Below, piece after piece: positions 34,722-48,089 of a stretch of 64,000 bases of DNA. Positions within the stretch are counted from its first letter, which is position 1, and each line of letters starts with the position of its first letter. The stretch covers positions 11,906,001 through 11,970,000 of the forward strand of contig CM119371.1 in NCBI GenBank assembly GCA_051294905.1, written 5' to 3'. This stretch comes from Botryllus schlosseri. Its lineage: Eukaryota. Below the pieces are notes generated by a model. That model searched no databases. It was not told where the DNA came from and worked only from the letters and a program-made list of their open reading frames with translations. The position numbers and the translations under genes were made by a program.

Positions 34722-36946
34722 CAGTGGTTCTCAACCTTTTTGATCCCGCGGCACCCTTTGAAAATGAAAAATAGTTCGCGGCACACGAGCACAGTGGTTC
34801 GCAACATTTTTGACTTACGGCAGCTTTAAACTACCAGAATGCTCAGTGGAACCCACAGTAGCAATGATAAAGTGATCTCTGACGAAACAATTCAGCCTTT
34901 TCGGAGCACTGAAATAGATTTTGCTTTTCTTCAAAGAAGAAATTACGGTATATTCTGTACCAGACATATCACAAATCAGTCTATGAATGTTATCATTAGA
35001 CATGAGAATCGTTTTCAATTCTAATTAGCCGCGGTCACAAAAACTGTTTTACAGTTTTAGTGCAAGCCGGAAGAATAACTTCGCTTCGCTGTGAAATATT
35101 GAATTTTTAGCTATTACCTCTGCTACAACATAACTTACCCGCTGCAATCTCGGTGAAACCTCGGGCTGCGCTGAGAGAGGGTTTTCATCCGACTCGGATG
35201 AGACACAGTGGCACGTACGGAGTCACAATGTACAATTGTACAAGTCGAAAAGGGGACGGGAAACGGCAGCTTTTGTCCCACGACTATGTCAACCTACGTC
35301 TAAAAGCAACGAAAATAATTTCGATTATGTAGTAACTGCAAGTTTATGCTGAAGTAACCAAATATTCCGGCGGCGTCATGTCGTTTGTCGTCTGCCGTGA
35401 AAAATGGTATTCATATAAACTCGGGCTGAAGTGTATCTGATGTAGATTTACGGTACTTGCGGCAGGTCCTGTTATTGTAACCCCAAACACACAGTGGGTG
35501 CGGGAGAATTGATATAATGATATTATTTGATCTAATTTACATCTCAATTCTTAAATTCGTCGCATGTGACATAACGTTACGCTCCGAGCCTACGGCAGTG
35601 CCGGCTGAGAACCCCTAATCTACGCGCACCATAAAGTTTCAACGAGATAGCAGTTCTGTTGAAGCGGAGGTAATAGCTAAAAATTCAAAAACTTACACGG
35701 AAACAGAGAATGTTGTTCTTCCGGCTTGCACTAGAACTGTAAAAAAATGTTTGTGACCACAGCTGTGGAAGAGTTGAAAACGATTCCCATGTCGAATGAT
35801 ACGATTTGCAGACTTATTTGTGATATGTCCGCCGATATAGAAGATACAGTAATTTCTACTCTGGAGCAGAGCAAATTCTACTTCAGTGCTCCGACAAGGC
35901 AGAAGTACTACATCAGAGACCACCCGGTATTGTTTGTAATTCGAATTTGTAAACGTGACCATCACTTCGAAAGGAGTTCATTTCTCGCTGGTGATTAGGA
36001 AGACGAGCTAGGGCCCAAAAGGGGCCTGGCTGCCCATCCAACAAGTCGCTGCTGAAGAGATACGGCGTGCTAAACCTAGAAGATATGCGGAAACTAGAAA
36101 TCGCCAAGTTTATGTATCAGTTCCACTGCGGTCGTTGCCCCGAGTATTTCAATGACTTCCTTACCTCGGAATCAAAAGCGCACAAGTCCAACACACGCGC
36201 GATCACGTCGTCCAAATATCATATGATCGACCGAAAAGATCATCGCTCTATCAAATATGCCGGACCTGATGTGTGGAACAGTATCCCGCCGGCCATCCGA
36301 CAGTCAACGAGGATGTCCACATTCAAGTCGAAATACAAGCAATTACTACTAAATAAATACAGTCCATCCTCAAGATTACCGGACCACGACTGACCTATCG
36401 ATCTCGCTTCCCATGACATGCCGCCCTATTTCTTGTCGCTTTCATCTTCTATACTATCTTCTTTACTTTCATTCAGTGTGCATGCCTCCTCTATACATCG
36501 CCCAGGCCTAGGCCAAGGTGGGTGTCAGATTCCATAGACTACTCCTGTCGCTTCGACATCTTCCTGTCTTTTCATTGTATCGCATTTTTTGTGGTGTATT
36601 GAACTGATAAAAATTGCTAATAAACCAATGATGATGATGAAAAGACCATGAAGATTAGAAAACTGCATTGCCACACAGGTGCCGCCATGTCGGCTCTTCT
36701 CTGCGATCAATAACGATGTTGCGTAAAACTGACTTCAGCCTTTAAAGATCGCGATGTCATGACAGTAATTTTGATTTGTCATATGTAAACTCTTCACGTC
36801 GAGTCTGATTTAGAATATTGGTCGTTTGCTACGTACTAGAATTATTTTGCACATAATTTCAAAATTTAGAAGAAATCTCTCGCGGCACACTTGGGAGAAG
36901 TAAATGGCACACTAGTGCGCCGCGGCACACCGGTTGAGAACCACTG
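34722..36946. mobile_element. Non-autonomous Buster-type hAT element carrying transposase scraps and a LINE fragment
   Basis: TIR CAGTGGTTCTCAACC; perfect TSD GATTAGGT; transposase-like ENVVLPAC..LKTIPMSNDTICRLICDMSADIE on + (~35700-35890) and an inverted homologue at ~34880-35125. Confidence 0.88.
36007..36639 (+). mobile_element. CR1/L2-group LINE 3' fragment
   Basis: ORF 36067-36393 (LEIAKFMY..HKSNTR..SIKYAGPDVWNSIP..FKSKYK) is typical of the post-RT C-terminus; AATAAA plus (ATG)n tail. Confidence 0.85.
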
Positions 36947-37399
36947 GATTAGGTGATTGCCAAACGTAACCGATGCACTTACATTGGCGATTCTATTTGT
37001 GACGGCAATTTTACGAAATCCATTTCCTGCACCTTTACCCTCTACACCTGATCTGGTGGCGAACCGCCACGCAAATAAAATATACAGTCACAGCATAGGA
37101 GATGGAAAACAGATTCGAAGGGTGTATATCACATTTTGATACTGCAAGAGTGAATGGATCGGTTACGCAGTTCGAAGAAAATGGATTACGTACAGGATCA
37201 ATTACAATATTAGGCCATTTGATCTAACGATGCTAATATAAGACGAGGAGATTCCTAATTGAATGATTTGCATGAGCTATCGAACGTTCACGATAGTATA
37301 TAACCATAACCCCGCACGCCACGCTTTCCAATATTATCCATACCTAGCTCCGTGCAGCATTTTACAGACAAATTACATAATGTGATTGTTATTGTTTGT

Positions 37400-37620
37400 G
37401 GTAGGCACCTATTCATGGTGCTTCGACTATACTATGGTCATTTACAGCATGCCGACGTTTCTCATGATTTGCCAACTTACCACACGACACACCTTCGTTC
37501 TGGCACCACATAATTTTGCTAAGATAAACCTTTAACACCTGAGTAGATATTCTGTGGTCGACCTCTTTCGGACTCTAGTTCGCGACCTATTGGCGTATGC
37601 AACTGTGGGGAATGAGACAA
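37400..37620 (-). mobile_element. SINE family B, degraded
   Basis: Shares tattcatggtg..tatggtcatttaca and agataaacc..ttctg blocks with the copy near 47400; the second block is also in the copy at 2880. Confidence 0.45.
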
Positions 37621-37675
37621 TAATTAAACCAGTGCGTTATCTATATATTCATTCAATCGGGTAATTGCTATAGTC

Positions 37676-38883
37676 CAGGGGTTCTCAAAGGGTGAGCCAC
37701 AGGAGCATTTGAGGTGGGCCACAAAGCTATTTAGAAAATTTTAGCATTAATTGAAGTTTAGTTATATTTGTTCTGTTAATCGCTAAAAATATATTCATAT
37801 TATCTAATTATACGTAAGCTACGTAAAGCTTTTCCTCCGACTCCGATGAGACGCAGTGGCACGCATGGAGTCAGCATGCACGAGCCGAAACGGGAAGGAG
37901 AAACGACGGCTTTTTCCACTGGCTATGAAAACCCACAGCCATCAGAAACCAAAACAATTCCGTGTATATGACAACTGAAGTAACCAAGTCATCCGGCGGG
38001 GTCATATGCCGTATGCAGTTGACAGGGGTGTGCAATAAACTCGGAATGAAGTGTAATTGATGCATAGATTTACTGTACTTAGGCAAGTCGTATCATTGCA
38101 AGACAAAAACAGCCACAATTGCAAATTATTATCAACTTATGGCGGAGGTACACTGCACCACCGCAACGAATCGCAATTGATTGAGGATCCAGCGGAGCGC
38201 ATTAATCTTTGTAGTCGGTTTAAAATGTCCGCCCTGGAAATCGTTGTACATAATGTAAGAGTCACATGAATTGATTGTATCATTGGATTGAATATCCTGA
38301 CATCGCAACTTCAGTTGGTTTGGTACAAGACATATACAATAGTGTGCATCGTACAGCATGCATATTACTTCTCTGTAGTACCCCATTCACCAATGAATTG
38401 TTTGAAGCTGACCCAGACTGATTATATCATTCCCCACAAAAGTGGAACTAAAATCCCAATCACACAGTGGATGCGTGGATTTGGTCATTGTGTTTCGCGT
38501 CGCGAATGAAGCAGCGGATGATCATAATAATATACACAGGAGTTTCAGCCTATGGACTACCAGGGCCGTGACTGTTGCACCCAAACCCCCCATTGCGCGA
38601 GCTCGAAGGGGCCCAAGATTATTTTGTTGGTCGTTTGTTAAAAAATATTTATTCGACTTGAAAATTTTTGTCGCGCTTGGTGCGATTTCATGGGCCGAAA
38701 GGTCTCCATTTAAATATCATCAGTAAATTGAAAGAAAAATGCGCATATTTAAGACAAATAGGCATATCGGCGCCGTCGATTATCACGCATTGAACAGGAT
38801 TATTACTCTATACAAGAGGTGGGCCACAGCACATTTTCAAACCGGAAAATGGGCCACGGCCAAGAAATGGCCGAGAACCCCTG
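37676..38883. mobile_element. Non-autonomous Buster-type hAT element
   Basis: caggggttctc ... gagaacccctg; perfect TSD CTATAGTC; GGGCCAC subterminal repeats. Confidence 0.88.
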
Positions 38884-39766
38884 CTATAGTCACTATATCG
38901 GTGGTTCTTAAACGGGGTTCCAGGGAATACCAGTAGTTTTCTAAATTCACCTGTCTTAGGGATTCCCTGGAGACCACACACACCAACTCATAGCTGCGAA
39001 TCGTGATGACACACTCGTCTCGGCCATCGTCGGTTTCAGGCAATTAGTGTATTTCATTGAAACGTGACTTCTGTGATGGCACGTCGCGTGCAGTGGCGTA
39101 CGCGGGGAGATTGGGGCTCGAAGTCCATTCTTCTAAAATGCCGCGAGAACGCGTGTTTAGCATCTTTGGCAAATGGAATGGAAGATTCTTCGTGACTCAC
39201 CTGAAATAGCTTCGCGATCCAGTGATTGGCTGCGAGCGACCGGTTGGGAAGCACTGTAGGCTACTATACACCGTCAGTTTGCGAATTCGATAGGCAGTGC
39301 TTTTCAACCTTTTGGAGTTCCATTCGAACTTTCTTTTTTGTAAAATATATTTCATTCGCTCAGACTAATCGAAAATTGTTAGACGAAGACACTTTTGGTT
39401 CAGATGTGCATCAAATTGGCTATGCTATGTAGCTTAAGCTATCACGTGTCTCATTAAAAAAGGCAATTGTTTCGTTCGTTTTGATTTCAACTATTTCACT
39501 ACAACCCTTCTCGGTCAAACAATATTGTCGTCTACTAGTGCTTGGATGGCCAGGTCTTAAAATCTGTTCTGCGCTTCTATCCAAAATACTGCGCCTTTTT
39601 CGCGAGTGAAAAATGCTTGCTGGCAGAAACCGTTTTTGAGAACTGACACAAAGGTCACGCGCGGAGGCTCCAGTTTGTCGACAGGGTGAAAAACTTACAT
39701 GTTTGTATTGAGGCTTTTGCCTTATGTCATGGAGCATACGGTGCAAAACGATCAAGGAGAGTATAG

Positions 39767-40139
39767 TAGGCTTACCATACGTCCTCTTTTAAGAGGATTT
39801 GTCCTCTTTTTTGACTTTTTTGAACGTGTCCTCGAAGGACACCCTTTTGTCCTCTTTTTTGAGATTTTGTCCTCTTTTTTGAAAATTTAGGCAGATTTAG
39901 AGCAAATTGAGAGTGATGTGCCGCATATTAGCACAGAAGTGAAGCTCCGGCGGGTATTTCGGAGTGAAAAACGGTGATTTTAGCTCTGAGCGAAAATATG
40001 ACCTTTTTTTTTTTTTTTAGTCAACCGATCACAAAGTGGGAAAAATTAACTGGTATTTGAGAATTTTACTCCGGTTTTGCAAGTTGCAAATTTCTAAAAA
40101 AGTGTCCTCTTTTTTGATTTCCAAAATATGGTAAGCCTA
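39767..40139. mobile_element. Blackjack-like hAT MITE
   Basis: TIR TAGGCTTACCATA; perfect TSD GAGTATAG; TGTCCTC repeats. Confidence 0.9.
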
Positions 40140-40199
40140 GAGTATAGGCACATTCGAGCTGGCTACCTTGTGATACGTTCCTCCGACATTTGTCTAGAG

Positions 40200-41709
40200 C
40201 AGAGGTCTCAAACACGCGGCCCGCAAGAGTATTTTGTGCGGCCCCCGACGGCATTTTGGAATTTCAAGTATTCAACAATATATTTCAGTGCCACATATCT
40301 TTTTAGATATAAGAACTTGAAGTTCACCCTAAAACTGCTTTGAAAACATTGAAATCTCAGCAAACTACACTATCACATCACTTGTAAAAGCTACCATGCG
40401 GTAGAAGATCAGCTATTACATCACATTTCTAGTTTATGATGATAAAACATGATCCGTTGAGGATTCGTGACTGGAAATTGTGAATTGATTTTGTGCGATC
40501 TTTCGTAAAATTAATCGATTTCGGATTGACTGGGTGAATAAATGAAAATTACTCGAGATGAGTCGAATCAAACGTTAAAATCGGAAACGGACTTGCGACT
40601 TGAACTGTGACTTGGCAATTCTACGGATGCAACAATCTATGCAACTGTCATGGGGAATAGTAATCTATCAAAAGGCCGTAGATTGCGTTGCGTAGGGTGT
40701 ATATAGCTATCTAATCAGGACAGTGTGGCAACCATCGGCAATATGTTACCCCCGCGACGCATAGTTGGTTACATACTGGGTGTTGTCCGATCTCTTTATG
40801 CTTGTTATCATTGGTGGCGAGTAAGGTAGTAGTACGCTCCACAGATGTAACACCAATGAATTCATCGGCGATTGGACATTTCTATTCCATGAGTTCTTAA
40901 TCAGGGTCCGCAGACCCCTTCGGGGTACGGAGCACCACCTCATGGGGTACGAGATGCATTGTGGGATTAGGCCTATATGCTGTGGAATATTTTCTTGACC
41001 GATTTATACATCTGGAAAATGGTCTTCGCGCTAGGCTTCTAATGAAATTGCGCTGAAAATTCGTATGTGCTACGATAAATGTCATTGGAAGCACGAGGGG
41101 TACGATCGCTAAGGTTAAGAAACATTGCTATTACTCTGGCTCAATAATGATTATATTCAAGTTGCTATTGATATGTTCCAATAATAATCGAAGGCAAAAT
41201 ATGACGCTGATTTAATTTGACTTCGGCAATGACAAAGTAACGATAGCCTACTTATCACGACTATATCATAGCCCGGATTAGGCTACACCGCTCAAATGCT
41301 CTGCTATCAGATCAATCTTCAGTATAGATTTTAGAATATTCTACATATATTTGTGGCACGTCAAAGGTCCACTAGCTGCAATATTATAACCCGAAAGTTT
41401 GACGATGTCATGATCATGATTCGTCTTCTCGCATGATGTCTATAACTCAATATTTGAACAAATAATGCCCGGCATAAAAACAATTTTATTCAAATATTTG
41501 AAAATATGATTTTTTCCGTGTCAAGGGTGAATAACACAATACTAAATTAAATTTTCATGAAGTCTGTGGAATGCCTGTCTCCAAGCTCCCGTCAAACAAG
41601 GCATACTTGAAAATTCTGCGTTGAATATCCCTATTATTGGTGGTGCGGCCCGCGGCGTCATCAAAACTAAGAAATTGGCCAGTGAGCACATTTGAGTTTG
41701 AGACCTCTG
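40200..41709. mobile_element. Non-autonomous Buster-type hAT element
   Basis: TIR CAGAGGTCTCAAAC; perfect TSD GTCTAGAG. Confidence 0.9.
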
Positions 41710-43621
41710 GTCTAGAGAGCACATGAGAAGAGCAAGTAAATTCACGATACTGTGTGTTCTGCTCTTTACCTCAATCTAACTTGAGAATTCATAACAGTTT
41801 AATAGGCCTGACGGTAAAGCAGCTTTTAGACTACCACCAAAATCTGAATTTTCGTGGCATCTCGCGACCCCAGCCTCAAACATGAAAATGAATTCATTTT
41901 TAATATTGCAGTTGTATATTTGCTACGATTTTACGGACATGTATGACGTTGCGCACACCACAACTCTACCGAACAAAGCTCTACAAAACATGTATGACGC
42001 ACGCGATTTCAAATGAGAGCGAATTAAATTCCTCTGCGTGTCGCAGTTGTACTATACTGTCTACCCGGATTGCAAGAACGGGACTATTCCGTGCCTACAA
42101 CGGAGCATATCCATATTAAAAGGCTTGGCCATCCAGCATCGGTCATTCTTAGACCAAGGTTTTGTCTCCGCTTATGTTTTTGGCACCGCATGTTATCAGC
42201 GGTTTGTTGGCCAAAACTTTACGTCTTCATGTGCCCCGACGCAGAATGGGGTTGGCCTCGAAAACTCGCGCATTGCACACCCCTACACTAGTTCACCCCA
42301 ACGGTCATAAACCATGTTTTACAGAAAACAACAGTTGGACAAATCTTATCATGAATTCTCATGATAAATCCATATTTTCTGCGTGTCTCGCTTATTGGCT
42401 ACAGTACCCGGCACAGTATCCTTGGATATTTAAAAACTATCGCAGAATTTTTTCCAAATTTTGACAATTTCGTCGCATCTACAAAAGCTACACAGAACTT
42501 AAATTTCCTATGAGGTTAATTTGAATTATTCCACGTCAGAAAAATTAACAATTATTCACGATTTTGATTCGCACTTGATCCAGATTTTCATTCGTACCAC
42601 CTTAGTCATTCGCACCACCTTAGTCATTCGCAGTGCAATTTTTTCATTCGCACAAGTGCGAACCGTCACACAGGTTGAACGGCACTGCTATAGAGCACGC
42701 TTTCACTGCACTGCCATTGCCGGATTATGAGCCAACAATCACCGAGGCAAATTAATCTGTGCTTTACTGGGATGTTGTTTTTCTGCGCCGAATTTCACAG
42801 TCCTTGCCGATTTCGAGGGATTTTGATGTTGCAGAACTATTAATACTCCGATTTCTGGAATCAGTGAGACGGTAGCATTCCATTAATACCATTTAATATA
42901 AATTCCGAATTTTATGATGAATTACACTGTCATAGGTGAGGCTTGCTTCCTATTTGTTTACTCCATGCCCACCTCTCCTTTACGCAATATGTAAGAAAAA
43001 TATCCAAATTCACTTTATATTGGGTGTACAAATGTTATTGATTCACGAACAATAGAAAATGCCAATCATTATCGGAGATCTCCGCAATTGTCAGTTACTC
43101 ATCCTGACGACGGATGAGGCCCTGCTTCACTTACATCCCCCAAACGCACATCACTGGAGCATTCAACGATCTAAGTGTCTGCCAAAGAATATACCACGCA
43201 GCTTTCGAAACGCACTGTCAGATTATGACCTTAGCAGTACAGAGACGGTTCTTCGATTTAGTTTTATAGTGCCAATATTCCGGTAGAATTAATATACTGG
43301 AAAATTGTCGTGCCTCGTATTGTCGAGACGAGTAAATCCGCGGGAATATCGAATGATACTGTTCACTAATCTTGATCTATTTCCTATATGGCCGCATAAT
43401 ATATCACGAAACGTGACAACTGTTTCGAAGCCATGCAACAGGTTCCAATAGGCGCAGAGTATCAAACAATTTCGTAAGATCGACCAGATCGCAGATCGCC
43501 AAAATATGACGTTCCTACGTGTGTGTAAAAGGAACATGGTATTAATTCGCACAGAGACACGATTTCTAACTTACATCTTCAATGATCTTTTCCGAATTGC
43601 CGCCACAATTCCCAATTTGGC

Positions 43622-43960
43622 TTTTTGAATATGTTTGAATAACTTTATTGTGCTGATAACTCTTGATAAGAAGCACCCAGAAAAAGTCTTTGAGTTATCA
43701 TAAAGGTGTTATTGCAATGGATGTTGTGATGAAAGCACCTTAATTGAATATGCTCCTCTGGATCAGACGATTGATACCTTGGACTAAGGGCCAATAATTT
43801 CGTTTTATTTTTGAATATGTTTGAATCCCTTTATTGTGCCGATTACTATTGAGAAGAAGCACCAAAGAGTCTTTGAGTTATCATAAATGTGTTATTGCAA
43901 TGGATGTTGTGATGATATCACCTTAATTGAATTTGTGTCGCTGGATGAGACCATTGATAT
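43622..43960 (+). repeat. Diverged tandem duplication, ~187-bp unit, upstream of the forkhead gene
   Basis: ttttgaatatgtttgaat..agaagcacc..gttattgcaatggatgttgtgatga at ~43622 and ~43808. Confidence 0.8.
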
Positions 43961-44204
43961 ACCTTCGCTTAATTGGCCACTAATCCAGAGAAAATATATA
44001 TCAGATATCACAGTAGACAGACCCTTATCTCCTAATTACAAGTTGTTGCAACAGCCAACAAAATGCATCGAACATTGTATGCAAGTGAGAGAAATTTCAA
44101 TAATCCAATCAAATTGACCCGCGATAAGGTGAATTTAAAACCCATTACATTTGTATTTGTGTCATTTGATTTTACATACTACTTGACGAAGGCAGCAGTG
44201 CAGT

Positions 44205-47055
44205 ATGAAACGCCAAAGATGTCCAGATATTCTTGAGCAAGTAGTGCGGGATTCCGAGGTAGGTCGTTATAAGATTTATCGGATTTGTCTTGACGAATAC
44301 CTCAGATATAAGCTCCACTATATCGCCGTAGTATAATTTGAAGAAATGAATTTCAGGACATTGCCGCATTGTGAACCTATCCCCCAAAGTAATGGAATAA
44401 TATCTATATTATCTGAGCCTATCGCCACATTGCGAAAGTTTATTTCGGGCCCAAAATTACGGAGCAAAGATCGTTGCCGATGCGCATGTGAGCAAACTAT
44501 CCCTAAGGGCATGTCACCCGAATTTGCACAGCAGAAAGTTATACGAATTCGAATTTAGAAATAGCACTGACATTGGAAATTTTAGTAAGGTCATTAACAA
44601 TATAGTAGCATTTGAATAGGAAACTTGAAGTAGATGTAATGTTCGCGTGAGTTTTCTTTATTTAAGCGTGGGAAAGACCACAGATTCTCCGAACAATATA
44701 AATATGTACTGAATTAACCCGAATTTAAATATAAAATGTCCTTACCATGGGGCATCAGTTATATAGGCTGTCTGGTGCATATTCATAACATAGTCCATAA
44801 TTTTACAGCAACGCAGCGGCTTTCATCAAAGAAACCGATTCTCCGACTCACAACACCCGACCACAGGTCGCTGGAGCGATGAAGATGCCGCGAAGTTTGT
44901 CAATGAACTTTACTCAGAAATTTTCACAAGCCCTTTGCCGACACCACCTCGCAAGAAGAGACATGTGGAAAACACCGAGCCACTGTCTAGTCGGCAAAAT
45001 ACAGCAACAAATTTCCGGTAAACAGTACAGAACTTTGTGTTTTCGATTTCTCTGGAACTCTCCGTAAAAACTAGTTTGTTTTCGTGTCACGCTGATTGAC
45101 TTTGTGCAATGAAATTTTTGTACTATGTTTTGAATGATGCTGTTCAGAGCATGAATCTTTATTTTTATATTCCAGATACTTCCATTCGGCAGGAGATCAC
45201 ATTCCCAGAAACTGCGATCCCGAGCGTGAAGTTGGAATGTCTGTCCCCGTACAAGCGCAATATTTGCAGAATGAACGTCATTTCATCGCCCCCAACCGAT
45301 TCCTACTCCAGGATCAAAACCATGATGTATCCTGTGCCGCGGCAGACGTCGAAATTGCGTACAATGTTTTTGAATCGCACCACGACGGCATCAGACGTAT
45401 TTTACATCCGGAAATCGGCCCCCAATCCCCCGAAAATTTGCGAATCCTCCTCGACAGGATTGGTTGGAACTCCTATTGTTTCTCGGATCTTCGACGAAAG
45501 GCGCTGGAGAGTATGAATTCCGGGACTAAGTAAGTTTGAATTGTTTGAACGTTTTGAAGGACAACGCAAGAAAAATCTTGTAAGATATATTTGATTAACA
45601 TTGACTTGCACAACGCTATAGACAAATGCATATGATTGGTGCGATCTAACAGTTTTCATTTCAACAAATTGTGTACATATGGAGCTTTGATACTGTCGGG
45701 GTGTCTGTCACAATTTTTAGTGAACTAATCTTGTAGCCACGATTCGTTACATTATACTCAATATCTGACTGTAATCACTCATATTTTTGTGTCTATACTT
45801 CTACTATCCTGTGCATATGTCTCTTCCATTATCGATAACTCACGTTTTTTGTTGTAGACGAGGAACGAAAAGAAGATACAAACGTCGTATTTCTGTGGAG
45901 TTGGACGAGAACAACATTCTCAACATCATTTTGGGGTCTGCAGCTGCGATGGCGGCAGTGAATCCTCTGTCTCGTCATCCTGGAAGTTACGATGTTGCCA
46001 TCTTTCTCGCGTTCAAAATGGCGAATTGCGCGGCACTACATAATAGCGAAATATATCACAATATTTCCATGATATTCCCCTATTATACCAGAGCGCACAA
46101 AAAGACCTTCCAGGTGAGTGCAACGCTGAACTTACAGTCGATTCAAACTACGATAGGTTCTATTTGAACGATTGGTCCTCCTCATATCCAGTAGTTTTAT
46201 TATAGTATAGCAAACAGCAGTTTTTGTATGCCGTTCTGTTTCGAAGAATAGATAAACTGTCGAAACGATAAGACCATACCTAGAGTCACAAATTGTGACG
46301 ATGTGGATTTATTTGATGCAAGATCATTTAACTTAGCGACTTACATGATACGTGCTATGTCAATACGAATCCGTATTAATTTAGAACGTATTCGCCCTCG
46401 TCGAACACTGGTTATCGTCATGTTTCAATATGTTCGAACTCTTTCCTTTTACAGAATAGCATACGACATCGCCTGGCAACCGCGGCCGATCCCGGAAAGG
46501 TAAATGTCGTACTGTACCGAAAGCTGGCGACGTTAGATGGGTGTGACGCGCAGTGGTCAATAATTGACAGAAATGCGTACGATGAATTAATGCGAGAATT
46601 TATCGTTGCAATCAGTTCTAACGAAGCATTTGAGCAGCTGAAGAGAGCAATCCACGATAACAGTAAGTGTTCTAAGGAAATGGAATTGGAAGCGTCTTGC
46701 ACCCTAGCCTAGACTATGCTTTGTGGCCGTATGGCACAACCCCCGGTTTAAACGCCACGCTAAGGTGTATATTAACTTTAGGTAGGGAAATGTTAGGTAT
46801 GAGTATTTCAAATGTTTCGTCTCGTGATATTTATTTTAAGTTTAATTTTCAGATAGAGTTCGGAGAATATTTGAATACGATCCGCAACTGCGACTGATGG
46901 GACGGAGACTGTTCACGGACTTGGGCCAACACAGCCGATGTCAGCGAGATTCCTCACGCCACATGACTCATTTATATGGGAGTGGGAGTGAACTTCACGC
47001 TACGCCATCACATCCGGTGGCAATTCAGAACCCATCTATATCACATAGTTATTAA
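44205..47055 (+). CDS. Divergent forkhead-box (winged-helix) transcription factor, FoxN/FoxR-like; 6 exons, 427 aa
   Basis: Exons 44205-44258, 44809-45017, 45176-45529, 45858-46113, 46455-46662, 46853-47055; all GT-AG, phases 0,2,2,0,1; no stops. Domain HPGSYDVAIFLAFKMANCAALHNSEIYHNISMIFPYYTRAHKKTFQ|NSIRHRLA...QWSII. Exon 1 is the least certain. Confidence 0.85.
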
Positions 47056-47256
47056 GGCGCTATGTCAATTGAAGAGGTGGCGGCGCGAGTAAAAGCGATG
47101 ATGCCACATTTACCAGTAATAGACTACGGCGCATTGAATGGGAAGACACATGTTATGGGGGTAGCATTAAATGTGGATTAGATTTATTCGACCACGTTTT
47201 CAATTTACAAAGAAATTGCTATCCATCTATATTGATGTTTATTATTTATGAACAAC

Positions 47257-47262
47257 AATAAA
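47257..47262 (+). promoter_or_regulatory. Candidate polyadenylation signal of the forkhead gene
   Basis: AATAAA about 200 nt downstream of the TAA stop. Confidence 0.5.
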
Positions 47263-47394
47263 CTTTTATTATGGACTTGACGTTATAGATCGGATCTATG
47301 TACTCCAATATACACGACGCTATAATGACGCTCTGCCATATTCTTCCTTAATTGGTAGATGTAGATTGAGTCCATTTACTAATTCATTTGGTTT

Positions 47395-47620
47395 GTTTGT
47401 TGTATTCATGGTGTTCGTCGACTTATATGGTCATTTACACCACGCTGCCTACTTGTAGCACGGCACACTCAGGCTTTTATAAGACACCGCTTACACGGAT
47501 GAGATGACGAGTAGGAGCCTAGATAAACCTCCAACAGTTAGGTAGAAATTCTGGAGGAATTCTCATTTGGTCGCATCCTCAACGCAGAGATTAGAGGTGA
47601 GGTTTGGAATCAGTCGTTAG
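47395..47620 (-). mobile_element. SINE family B, degraded
   Basis: Homologous to 2880-3032 (gacacc..tac..ggatga..tgacgag.aggagc..agataaacc.ccaaca.ttaggtag.aattctgga); TTTG repeats at its left edge. Confidence 0.5.
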
Positions 47621-48089
47621 CGTTCCTTTAGAAAGGCCGAGCTTGCTTCACGCAAGCACCAATGAAAAATTAGTATATTCAGGATGAAATATATTGGCTA
47701 GGTATGGGTGGCCGAGAATGAGTCCGACACAGGAAAAACTTAGCAGATTTCGTGAAGATGATATCTGTAGGTTAGTGACAAACAGCAACAAAATGACTTT
47801 TCTTGAAATCAACATCATCCTATTTATGTAGGAATTGGGTTTACTTTTATTATTTCAAAATGAATTTCGCAACTGCATTTCTTGACATACGTGGCCATGT
47901 CTTGAAATTCCACGCATTCGATTTGATATTAACGAGTACCACAAAGATAGGTGGTGGCGAATGTAATAATAACGCGTAACGCTTCTGACGAATCATTTGG
48001 CTATGATCGCAACAACAAATATGGCATTAAATTGACACACAATTTTTTAATGAACATATTACGTCAAGCCTGGTCATTTCTATCTAGCA

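Noticed and set aside
45109..45516. 135-aa ORF as the coding frame of this exon
   Set aside because: Splice phases on both sides select the alternative frame (ORF 45237-45533).
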